NCBI GenBank assembly: GCA_004376375.1
Contig: SOJX01000096.1
Span: forward strand, 20,557-84,556
Reading direction: 5' to 3'
Length of the DNA: 64,000 bases
From: Planctomycetota bacterium
GTDB taxonomy: Bacteria > Planctomycetota > E44-bin39
The notes beneath the pieces were generated by a model, which had not been told where the DNA came from, ran no database searches, and saw nothing but the letters and a program-made list of their open reading frames with translations. Numbering within the stretch: position 1 is the first letter of the stretch; the number at the start of each line of letters is the position of its first letter. Made by a program: the position numbers and the translations under genes. Positions 17,262 through 25,609 of the stretch are shown in pieces.

Positions 17262-18074
17262 ATGAAAAAGCTGCCAATAATATTTATTGCTGCGCTGGCC
17301 ATCACCGTAATGGCCCTGGACCTTCCCGCATACTGCTGAGGCGGCGGAGGAGGATCGCGGCCGCCGGCGCGGCCGCCTGCAAGACCGCCGACACCAAGAC
17401 CGCCATCAAATCCCGGTGGTAACCCGGGTGGCAGTAATCCGGGTGGTGGAGGCACGCCAATGGTACCTACGGGTTCTAAACCGAGTATCAATTGGCCGGA
17501 AGCCAAACCAGTCGCCAACCCGACTCCCAAATCCGAGCCCACGACCACGGGCAGAGGGATTCTCGGGAAAAAAGACGACAAAACTGACGAGAAATCCGGC
17601 TCCAAAGTCATCGTCACCAAGAAGCCGAAAATTACCTGCTTCGACGACTTTGACGCGCTGAAGGGCAAGGAAGAGAACAAGCCAGTTGCCATTTTCGTGT
17701 ACTGGCCGGACCGGACAAACTCAAAAGGCCAGACGTCGAAGGCGTACCAGAACAGTCAGAAGATGATTGACCTCCTTGCCAAGTCTGCGGTTCAGTCGGC
17801 CTTCCGCGAGCTTAACTGCTACAAGGTGAACTACAAGTCGCTCGACAAGTCGCGCCTCAAACGCTACGGCGTGAGAGGCGCGCCGACGCTGCTCTTCATC
17901 GACGCGACCGGCAAGGTTCTCAAGAGAATCACCTCTTCGCGGATCAAGGCTGCAAGTCTTGTGAAACTGATCAAGACCGTTGTCAAGAAATCAGACAAGA
18001 ACCTTAAAAGGCTTCAGAAGAAGCGCGAAAAGGCAGAAGAGAAAAAAGCAAAAGAGGAAGAAGAGAAGAAATAA
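17262..18074 (+). CDS. Trx-fold paralog 2 with in-frame TGA at 17337-17339
   Basis: AAGGAGA RBS. MKKLPIIFIAALAITVMALDLPAYC-[TGA]-GGGGGSRPPARPP... In frame with table ORF 17460..18074. Confidence 0.55.
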
Positions 18075-18112
18075 GAAAACAGCTTCTTCCAGTACAATGG
18101 CAGATTAACTTC

Positions 18113-18146
18113 AAAGCCCGGGACTCGTCCCGGGCTTTTGTTTTTC
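18113..18146 (+). terminator. Rho-independent terminator after paralog 2
   Basis: aaagcccgggactcgtcccgggctttt followed by GTTTTT. Confidence 0.65.
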
Positions 18147-18198
18147 CACAGCAGGTTTATGAAAGACAAGCGGGTACAGTGTTTCCCGAAAGTTAGTT

Positions 18199-19173
18199 CT
18201 ACTGGGAATGAGTCTTGAAGAAATCCCAGATAACGGTGTTGGCGTCCATATCGCGGCAGGTTTTGCCGACCAGCCATTCACCCAGATACTGCCATCCGCC
18301 GGGCCAGGTGTGACCGCCGCCTACCACTTCATAGTAAACGACCTCCGAGCCGCTCAAACCATTGCCGTATACATCCCGCCGCACCAGCGTTCCGTCGTCG
18401 GGGTCCAGGTCGGGCAGCCATGTAACGGTCGGCGCCGGATCGCACACGTTGTTGCTCACCCAGTAATTGACCGTATTTGCCGCCGATATGACGCGCCCCA
18501 TTCCGGTGATGCCGAGGATTACTATATCCCCGCCGCCGAAGGGAACCATCGGATCCTCAACGCCGACCATGATCAGGATGGGAATCGGGCCCATCGGCGT
18601 GAGCAGCGACAGGTTTTCGGTAAGCGAGCCGCAGACCGGGGCGACGGCGGCGAACCTGTCGGACGCTTCAATGCCGAGGCGGTGGGACATGAAGGAACCG
18701 TTGGATATCCCGGTCGCGTACACGCGCTTGCGGTCGATATTATAACTATCGTCGAAGTAATCGATAAGGGTGGAGAGGAAACCCACGTCGTCGACATTAT
18801 AGAGGTGCGAAGCGTAGTCCTCTATGCCGCGCCCGTCGTTCCATTGCTTTTCGTAAGCGTCCGGGTAAACGACGATGAATCCTTCGCTTTCCGAGAGCGT
18901 GTCGAAACCTCCCTGCGTAAGGGCTATCATCCTGTCGCCGTTACCGCCGCCGCCGTGAAGGGCGAAGACCAGCGGCTGTTCATCCGCGTAAGTCCACGAC
19001 GCGGGAACATGGTACTCGAAAGTCCGCGTCAGGCCTATGTGCTGTATCGAATCCTTGTGGTCTCCGGGGCCGATAGAAGGGCCGGCCGGAGGGAAGAAAA
19101 GGTTGCTTTTCTTTTTCCTGCAGGCGGGTACAAGAAGCGCGAAAAAAAGGAGCGTGAAAGTCATATAACGCAT
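18199..19173 (-). CDS. Lipoprotein esterase of the PHB-depolymerase/LpqC-like alpha/beta-hydrolase family
   Basis: Signal with lipobox LLVPACRKK. FALHGGGGNG and GISNG (GxSxG nucleophile elbow) motifs. 324 aa. Confidence 0.5.
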   Translation of the reverse strand: MRYMTFTLLFFALLVPACRKKKSNLFFPPAGPSIGPGDHKDSIQHIGLTRTFEYHVPASWTYADEQPLVFALHGGGGNGDRMIALTQGGFDTLSESEGFIVVYPDAYEKQWNDGRGIEDYASHLYNVDDVGFLSTLIDYFDDSYNIDRKRVYATGISNGSFMSHRLGIEASDRFAAVAPVCGSLTENLSLLTPMGPIPILIMVGVEDPMVPFGGGDIVILGITGMGRVISAANTVNYWVSNNVCDPAPTVTWLPDLDPDDGTLVRRDVYGNGLSGSEVVYYEVVGGGHTWPGGWQYLGEWLVGKTCRDMDANTVIWDFFKTHSQ

Positions 19174-19283
19174 TTTTTATCCTCTGGCCTTGGATATAAT
19201 TCAATCATCAGGCGAGGCACGTCATCGCTTTAATATATCATACAACACCGCATTAAACAAGGTTGCAGAATCTTCAACCCCGT

Positions 19284-20276
19284 TTACGGCGAATCCGTCA
19301 CGTCCGCTTTGCGCACGTCCGTTCCGTCGCTCCAGGTGCCGAGGTGGCGCTGCTTACCGGTGCCATCGAGCCCGTAAGCGCGGTTCCTCCCTTTTACGGC
19401 GAAATCGGAGAGCGCGTCGAACCACTTCCAGAATCCGTACCAGTCCAACGCGTCCGGTCTGAAAAACGACCCCGCCAGAGGCGCAAAGTGGCCCGCGACC
19501 AGAGGCGGTTCTCCGTGCTCGTCGGTATGGACTGTAATGAAATCCTTGTTTTCGAGACTAACCTGCGTCGCTCCGAAAAATATTTTTTTTGCAATCCGAT
19601 TCCCGACCATCCTGTCGTCCGCGCCGACAACCAGGAGCATCAGCGTGTCGGACGGGATGCGCGCGTAATCCTCGAGCGAAGATACCGGACCTCCCGGCTC
19701 GACGCACATCATGGCCCGGATTTTCGGGAGGTTCTCTCTCTCGGCGAGGGCGGCGATGTTCGCGGTCAGAACCCCGCCCATCGAATGCCCCAGCGCGCAG
19801 ACATTGTCGAGCTGTGGCGATACATGGCCTGCTTTTTTGAGTTTGGCAATTGCCGATTTTATCGCGCTTATCGCGTTCGGCGTAAAGTGTCTGGCACGCG
19901 TGAAAATCGAATTCTGGTAACGCGGGTAGATTACAACAGACCCCCGCCGCACGATGTGCTTTATCCATTCAAGGTAAGACCTCGGATTCATCGCACCCCA
20001 GCCGTGATTGAAGATTACGACGGGCGCGCTTTTCGGCTTCGGGTCCGCGGGCTCGAACAGCCAGTACCGCGTCCCTCCCGTGCCGTGGTGACTTTTCGTT
20101 ACGGACCCGTGCGCATACTCGGACGACCCGGGCCCGCTTTTCGGCTGCACCGGAGGAGTAATATCGCCGGTGTAAATGCCAGCCGGTTTATCTGCGAACT
20201 TGCAGCCGCTCCCGACCACCGCCGCGAAGAGCAGGACGACGAAGATGCCGGGTTTGAGTGGTAGAAATGTTTTCAT
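19284..20276 (-). CDS. Lipoprotein alpha/beta-hydrolase (lipase/esterase-like)
   Basis: Signal with lipobox VVGSGCKF. GHSMGG nucleophile motif. 330 aa. Confidence 0.5.
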   Translation of the reverse strand: MKTFLPLKPGIFVVLLFAAVVGSGCKFADKPAGIYTGDITPPVQPKSGPGSSEYAHGSVTKSHHGTGGTRYWLFEPADPKPKSAPVVIFNHGWGAMNPRSYLEWIKHIVRRGSVVIYPRYQNSIFTRARHFTPNAISAIKSAIAKLKKAGHVSPQLDNVCALGHSMGGVLTANIAALAERENLPKIRAMMCVEPGGPVSSLEDYARIPSDTLMLLVVGADDRMVGNRIAKKIFFGATQVSLENKDFITVHTDEHGEPPLVAGHFAPLAGSFFRPDALDWYGFWKWFDALSDFAVKGRNRAYGLDGTGKQRHLGTWSDGTDVRKADVTDSP

Positions 20277-20309
20277 TTATTAAGGCACCTTTGAGAATGC
20301 ATGCGAAGT

Positions 20310-21401
20310 TCAATAGCGCAGCAGGGCTGCGATATTGCCGACTTCGGTCAGGCCCGGAATCGGGTCGACGAAGTCCGCTTCCGCACCGGATGATGCGAGC
20401 AACTCGATTATCTCGTTGACAAGGTCGATTTTAAAAATTGACTGCGAGCCGCATTTGGAACAGGCCGCATGCGCTCCCTCGTCCAGATGATCGCAGTCGC
20501 GGCAGCGGATGCCGTCTATCCGAACATCGCGGCTGACGACAACCTTGCTGACCCGCCCCGCTTTCGCCGCGTCGAGCACGTCCGCGGCGCCGACGGTTGC
20601 CTTGCCTTTACGACAGTATTCGTTCCTGATCCGCTCCCAGAGCCTTTCTTCGGAGCGGCGTTCCTCGTCGAAGTACAGGTCGAATATTTCCCGGTTGATA
20701 CAATGCTCGCCTTCGGACAGGTTCATGGCCTTTTCGCCGACAAGTTTCCTGGCGAGATGGGCCGGAAGCACCCGCTTGATTTCAGCCAGCGTTTCCCTCG
20801 ACCCGGCCATAAGGATGCGGCGGAAGCTCTCGCTCCGGTCCAGTTCCTTAAGCCTGTCGACGATATCCTTGGCGTAATGATGAAGCTGTTTGTCGCGCCT
20901 GCGCTCGTAGCGCTGCTGCGACCAGCCGCCTTTCCGCACGTGGTTTTTTATATTCCCCCTGACTCGCTCCTCGGACTCGGCCTTCGCGGACACGACCAGA
21001 TAAATGCGGGCGGATTTATTGTCGGCGACGACCACCGCGAAATTCTCGTATTCGTCCTGCAGTTCGGCCAGCGGACGGATATAGGGCGAGGAATCAACGA
21101 TTAATAAATCGGGCATATCTACTTCAATCGGAAAGGCCTTGAAATAATCCAGCGCCCAGCAGGCGAAAATGCATATCCCGCCGGACTCGACCGGATTCTT
21201 CTTCAGGTATTTTTCCACAAGCTCGATGTTCTCATCGAAGTATTCCGCTTCGTCCCTGTTATCCCGTAAAAGAGAGCGCGTGTTCCCGATGCGCTTCCCC
21301 AGCGATTCCAGCGCTCCGGCATCGGAAAGGTAGAGGCTCAGAAACGCGCGGTCCGGCGCCGTTACTTTCGCCAATTCGCGCAGGTTGATTTTGTCGAACA
21401 T
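20310..21401 (-). CDS. Hypothetical protein, tentatively eRF1/Pelota-like (bacterial aeRF1-type), with a C-terminal C4 zinc ribbon
   Basis: 363 aa. Central KGGWSQQRYERRRD loop reminiscent of the eRF1/Dom34 central-domain loop. C-terminal CRDCDH...CSKCGS zinc ribbon. Assignment is by motif impression only. Confidence 0.3.
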   Translation of the reverse strand: MFDKINLRELAKVTAPDRAFLSLYLSDAGALESLGKRIGNTRSLLRDNRDEAEYFDENIELVEKYLKKNPVESGGICIFACWALDYFKAFPIEVDMPDLLIVDSSPYIRPLAELQDEYENFAVVVADNKSARIYLVVSAKAESEERVRGNIKNHVRKGGWSQQRYERRRDKQLHHYAKDIVDRLKELDRSESFRRILMAGSRETLAEIKRVLPAHLARKLVGEKAMNLSEGEHCINREIFDLYFDEERRSEERLWERIRNEYCRKGKATVGAADVLDAAKAGRVSKVVVSRDVRIDGIRCRDCDHLDEGAHAACSKCGSQSIFKIDLVNEIIELLASSGAEADFVDPIPGLTEVGNIAALLRY

Positions 21402-21464
21402 GATATGACCGGCCTCCTATTGCTCTGTTACGCCTGATGTGATAAGTAGGCCGTCAATGCGAGG

Positions 21465-21590
21465 AGCGAAGCGACGTAGCAATCTCAGACTAGGTTACAG
21501 GTTACAGGTTACAGGTATCAGAATATATTTTTTACCTGTTACCTGTCACCTGTTACCTGATTTGTCGGCAGCTTTGCTACCTCCTCGCAA
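21465..21590. repeat. Nested intergenic palindrome built on GGTTACA heptad repeats
   Basis: Inner arms CAGGTTACAGGTTACAGGTA / TACCTGTTACCTGTCACCTGTTACCTG. Outer arms ttgcgaggag...gtagcaa / ttgctacctcctcgcaa. Confidence 0.7.
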
Positions 21591-21634
21591 TGACCTGTAC
21601 ATATCATTTGAGGTGTAACGGAGTACTAGTTATC

Positions 21635-22219
21635 TTATCTCCTCAGTTCTTTCCATGTCTTTCCGCCGTTGGCGCGGATGAAATCTGCAATCGCTTCGTG
21701 CCGCAATAACTGCGCCCAGTCAAGGGGCGCACATCCGAATTCGTCTTTTGTATTGATGTCGGCCTTCATTCTTACCAGCGACTCAACAAGGTCCTTGTTT
21801 TTTTCCCGTATCGCCCAGAACAGCGGCGTCCAGTCGTCTTCATCTCTCGCGTCTATTTCCGCGCCTTTGTCGATCAGCAGCATCGCAACGTCATTCCATT
21901 TATTCCTTGCGGCCAGGTGCAGGGGGAAGCTCTTAAACATGCTCTTTGGCACCAGGGTGTTGACATGTTCCCAGTGTTCTGCCAGGAATTCCGCTGCCTT
22001 CTCGCCGCCTTCCAGTTCCCCCGCCAGCACATCGAAGCCTTTCCTGCCTTTGCCGAGCAGCCAGCTGACGGATTTCACCCTCTCTTTCGCGTCATTGGAA
22101 TGCAGACAGGAGGCGTTCCACAATATTCTCACCGGCGTCCACAGCAGGCAGGTCGCTATCACGGCCGCGAAAAGCAGGACGACGAAGATAGTGAGCTTGA
22201 GAGGCAGCGAAAGCTTCAT
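21635..22219 (-). CDS. Ankyrin-repeat protein with N-terminal signal/anchor
   Basis: Three or four ankyrin repeats (LHLAARNKWNDVAMLLIDKGAEIDARDEDDWTPLFWAIREKNKDLVESLV...). The N-terminal 19 aa are nearly identical to those of the 19284..20276 gene. Confidence 0.65.
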   Translation of the reverse strand: MKLSLPLKLTIFVVLLFAAVIATCLLWTPVRILWNASCLHSNDAKERVKSVSWLLGKGRKGFDVLAGELEGGEKAAEFLAEHWEHVNTLVPKSMFKSFPLHLAARNKWNDVAMLLIDKGAEIDARDEDDWTPLFWAIREKNKDLVESLVRMKADINTKDEFGCAPLDWAQLLRHEAIADFIRANGGKTWKELRR

Positions 22220-22309
22220 TTATTCTCTTTTGTCTCTTTTTCGGATTTCTTTTCAGGTTCTGGAACAGGGAGAGTAATTTCCGTGATTTCCTCGACCTTG
22301 AGTGAATCC

Positions 22310-23410
22310 TTAATCGGTATAATGAGCAGGCGCGGTTTTTTTTCCCGTAAGCTGAAGGACAAACCTGCTTCGGTCGCCGGATGAATTGTATAATTCAAAG
22401 CGGTCACCCGGTTTGCTTGGTATGTCCAGAATCACTTTTCGGCCTTTTTCAGTGTGGACGGCGAGAACGATCTCACTGGGCACTTTATCTTCCCTGTCCG
22501 CTTCTTTTTCTGAATCCTCATCATCGCTTTTCGGCTCGGGGATATTCTTCAGCTCTATTGCGTATATCCTGTCTTTAATCATTACAGGCGGCCCCAGAAT
22601 ATTTTTTGAATGACCAATCCAGAGGAGTTTGCCCGTTGAAAGGTCAAATACGCCGAGTTCGCTTATGCGGTCGAGCTTGTATGATATATTATGACTGCCG
22701 TATCTGACGCCGAGAACAATCTTTTTGTGGTCGCTGGAGACTCTTGTGAATATCATCATCTGATCTTTCACTTTAATAATCTTGTCGAGTTCCGGTTTGC
22801 CGATTGTCACCATTTTTTTGGCGCCGGGTGAATAGACTTCGATTTTCTGGAAAGCCCAGCCGAGCAGTTTTTTCGACTCGTCTTCGGGATCTTCAGTTAT
22901 AATACGGAGAAAACAGCCGTCGCCCGCGTTCCATGCATGATAATCCAGAGTGGTTATAATATTCGAAAGGTTATCAAGGGAGTAGACTGTTGTTTTCCAT
23001 TTTTCTTCTTCTTCCTTGCAAGGGACGTAAAGCGCGTTCCCGCCGTCGAAGGTTCCTGTAAAAATGAAAAGCTCGCTGGCTTTTATGGATGTTTCCGTGC
23101 ATTCTCCGGTTGCAGGATTCACCAGCCAGTAAGGACCATCGTCGTTGCTGTTTACCTTCTCGCTGCCTATCAACAGATTACTTTTAATCCATCTAAGGCC
23201 TTTCGGCTCCCACCCTTCGGGAAGTTTCAGGTCTGTAACCTTTTTCGTCGCAAGCTCGACGACGTAAATTCTATTAAGGCCTTCCAAGACCATCACGTGA
23301 ACGGCCACGTACTTGCCGTCGGGCGAGAACTTGGGCAGGACGTCATATATGCATCCTGCAACCCATAAAAATATAAAGACAATAATTAGAAATCTGGTAA
23401 CCCTCAGCAT
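22310..23410 (-). CDS. Lipoprotein with TolB-like/WD40-like beta-propeller repeats
   Basis: N-terminal transmembrane/signal with WVAGC. Repeated PDGKYVA-type blades. The table ORF extends to 23452. Confidence 0.45.
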   Translation of the reverse strand: MLRVTRFLIIVFIFLWVAGCIYDVLPKFSPDGKYVAVHVMVLEGLNRIYVVELATKKVTDLKLPEGWEPKGLRWIKSNLLIGSEKVNSNDDGPYWLVNPATGECTETSIKASELFIFTGTFDGGNALYVPCKEEEEKWKTTVYSLDNLSNIITTLDYHAWNAGDGCFLRIITEDPEDESKKLLGWAFQKIEVYSPGAKKMVTIGKPELDKIIKVKDQMMIFTRVSSDHKKIVLGVRYGSHNISYKLDRISELGVFDLSTGKLLWIGHSKNILGPPVMIKDRIYAIELKNIPEPKSDDEDSEKEADREDKVPSEIVLAVHTEKGRKVILDIPSKPGDRFELYNSSGDRSRFVLQLTGKKTAPAHYTD

Positions 23411-23653
23411 TAATTGATCTCCATTTTGCTGAATACCGAACCACCTGACCACCGTATTCTATCCCGCATTAGAAAAGAATGCAACCAATAGCAGAAAAGC
23501 GATGCCTCAAGAACAGGCAAGATGAACAAAAAGCAGGTAAACAAAGCGAAAAACCGGCAAAAATGCATCATTTCGGACATCTGCATCACCAAATCTGCTC
23601 TATTTGGCTTATGTAAAGGTTTTGTAATAATAGACAGGCGTGTCCTAATATAC

Positions 23654-23683
23654 TTGAAATGATTATCCGCGCTCAATATAATA
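23654..23683 (+). promoter_or_regulatory. Sigma70-like promoter of paralog 3 (TTGAAA-18-TATAAT)
   Basis: TTGAAA at 23654-23659, TATAAT at 23678-23683. TTTTGTAATAA box at 23620-23630. Confidence 0.5.
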
Positions 23684-23725
23684 GGTTTGAGGCTGGAACG
23701 GACCGCTCGCTGAAAGGAATTGAAA

Positions 23726-24523
23726 ATGCAAAAACTGCTTACCACATTCCTGCTCGCTATGTGTGCAGTCGGATTTGCCTTGGACAATGTGGCCTATGCT
23801 GCCGGCGGCTGTTGAGGCGGCGGTGGCACTCCGCGGCCGCCGGCGCGGCCACCTACGACTCCAAGACCGCCTGCAGGAAATCCCGGGAACCCCGGTACTC
23901 CCAGTACGGGAACTCCCATTCAGCCTCGTACGCCCGCAGAACTCAGCTGGCCTGAGGCCAAACCCGTTGCCGAATCGACCCCTGAAGTTGAGCCCACAAC
24001 TACGGGCAAGGGAATTCTCGGTAAAAAGGACGACAAGGGCAAAACGGCTGAAGGGGAAAAATCCGGCAACAAGGTCGTCGTTAAAAAGCGAGAAAAACCC
24101 ACCTGCTTCGACGACTTCGACGCGCTGAAAGGGAAGGAAGAAAATAAACCTGTCCTCCTTTTCGTGTACTGGCCTGACATGAAGGATTCCAAAGGCCGCA
24201 CTTCGAAGGCCTACGAGAACTGCCGGAAGATGATTGAACTCCTTGCCAGGTCGTCGGTCCAGTCAGCCCTCGAAAAGATAGACTGTTACAAAGTCAACTA
24301 CAAGTCGCTCGACAAGGCGCGCCTCAAACGCTACGGCGTGAAAGGCACGCCGACGCTGATTTTCATCGACGCGACCGGCAAGGTGCTCAAGAGGATCACG
24401 TCTCCGCGGATAAAGCCGTCAAACCTTATCCGGTTGATTAAGACCATCGTCAAGAAATCGGACAGGAACCTGGAGAAGCTTCAGAAGAAGCGCGAGAAGG
24501 AAGAGGAAAAGCAGTCCAAGTAA
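23726..24523 (+). CDS. Trx-fold paralog 3 with in-frame TGA at 23813-23815
   Basis: MQKLLTTFLLAMCAVGFALDNVAYAAGGC-[TGA]-GGGGTPRPPARPP... In frame with table ORF 24164..24523. Confidence 0.55.
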
Positions 24524-24578
24524 GGCGATAAAGGCGAGTTTGCAGCCATAACAGACTACCAATAAAAGGGAGATTCCA

Positions 24579-25397
24579 ATGCGAAAACTGCTTATCCCGT
24601 TTGTACTCGCCTTATGCATAGTCGGATTTGCAGTAGATGATGTGACGCATGCATGCGACACCTGCGGCTGCGGTAAAAAAGGGCCTTGCGGTCCGAGCGG
24701 TGGCGGTGGCGGTGGTTGCTGAGGCAGCGGCGGCACTTCGAAGCCGCCGGTAGCTGGGCCTACCGGTAAAAACTCTCAGCCCGACAAGCCCATTGGCATC
24801 CCGTGGCCGGATGCAAAACCGGCATCTGAAGAAACGGTCACCGGCAAAGAAATCCTCAAGAAGAAAGACGACAAGGCCGCGGCCGGCAAAACCGATACCG
24901 GCAAAAACGCGGCAGAAAAGGGCGGAACCGACCCGAAAAAGGCGACCTGTTTCAACGACTTCGACGCGCTCAAAGGCAAGGAGTTGAAAAAGCCGATCCT
25001 TCTCTATTTCTACTGGCCCGAGGACAAGGCTTCGAAAAGCCGGGCGCAATACCGCGATTGTCAGAAGATGAACAAACTGCTTTTCGAGGACCCGGACGTC
25101 AAGGATGAACTTTCCAAACTCGATTGCTACAAGGTTAACCTGTCCATACTGAGTAAAGAGCTCAAGAAACAGTACAAGATTAAGAGCGCGCCGACGCTGA
25201 TCTTCATCGACCCGACCGGAAAGGTGCTCAAGAAAAGCTCTTCAACCAGGACAAAACCTTCGAGAATGGTCCGCCTGATAAAGTCGGTCGTCAAAGCCTC
25301 CGCCCGCAACCTGAAGCGGTACAAGAAAAAACTGGCGCAGGAAGAGAAAAAGGAAAAACCGCAGGCAAAGGAGGAAGACGAAGCCAAGGCCAAATGA
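24579..25397 (+). CDS. Trx-fold paralog 4 with in-frame TGA at 24720-24722; extra Cys cluster before the TGA; probably co-transcribed with paralog 3
   Basis: GGGAGA RBS. ...HACDTCGCGKKGPCGPSGGGGGGC-[TGA]-GSGG... In frame with table ORF 24984..25397. No separate promoter in the 55-nt gap after paralog 3. This copy ends with TGA. Confidence 0.5.
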
Positions 25398-25452
25398 TAC
25401 AAGCGCCTCGTTTCACCGGCCGCATAACCAGCCTTGCGGCCGACGTATTGGC

Positions 25453-25486
25453 AAAGCCCGGGATAAAACCCGGGCTTTTTTTCTGC
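25453..25486 (+). terminator. Rho-independent terminator after paralog 4
   Basis: aaagcccgggataaaacccgggctttttttc. Confidence 0.65.
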
Positions 25487-25570
25487 AGAAATTGCCTTTG
25501 GCTCCAATTATATAATCAGTATGTTTTCACGTCGGAGTCTATTCTTTCGGTATGCCCGTTAAACAGGCTC

Positions 25571-25608
25571 TTAACTTCAGACTTTTAACTTTGAACTTTG
25601 AACTTCTG
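25571..25608. repeat. AACTTTG heptad tandem repeat between convergent genes
   Basis: ttaacttcagacttttaactttgaactttgaacttctg. Confidence 0.5.
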
Positions 25609-25609
25609 C

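Noticed and set aside
16087-17692. Minus-strand ORFs 16087..16671 and 17174..17692 that share the peptide GGLAGGRAGGRDPPPPPQQYAGRSRAITVMA
   Set aside because: They are the antisense reading of the conserved signal-peptide/UGA/GC-hairpin region of the plus-strand paralogs. The conservation is inherited from the sense strand.
15105-24722. Genome-wide reassignment of UGA (code 4 Trp or code 25 Gly) as the explanation for the in-frame TGAs
   Set aside because: TGA is the evident stop of parA (38879-38881), the M48-like peptidase (43203-43205), the 57526..59853 gene and paralog 4 itself (25395-25397). The genome is high-GC, unlike known UGA-reassigned lineages. Local recoding fits better.
15015-25397. 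The UGA paralogs being decaying pseudogenes
   Set aside because: Five copies all preserve frame across the TGA. Each keeps an intact RBS, promoter and terminator. The post-TGA region shows mostly synonymous divergence.
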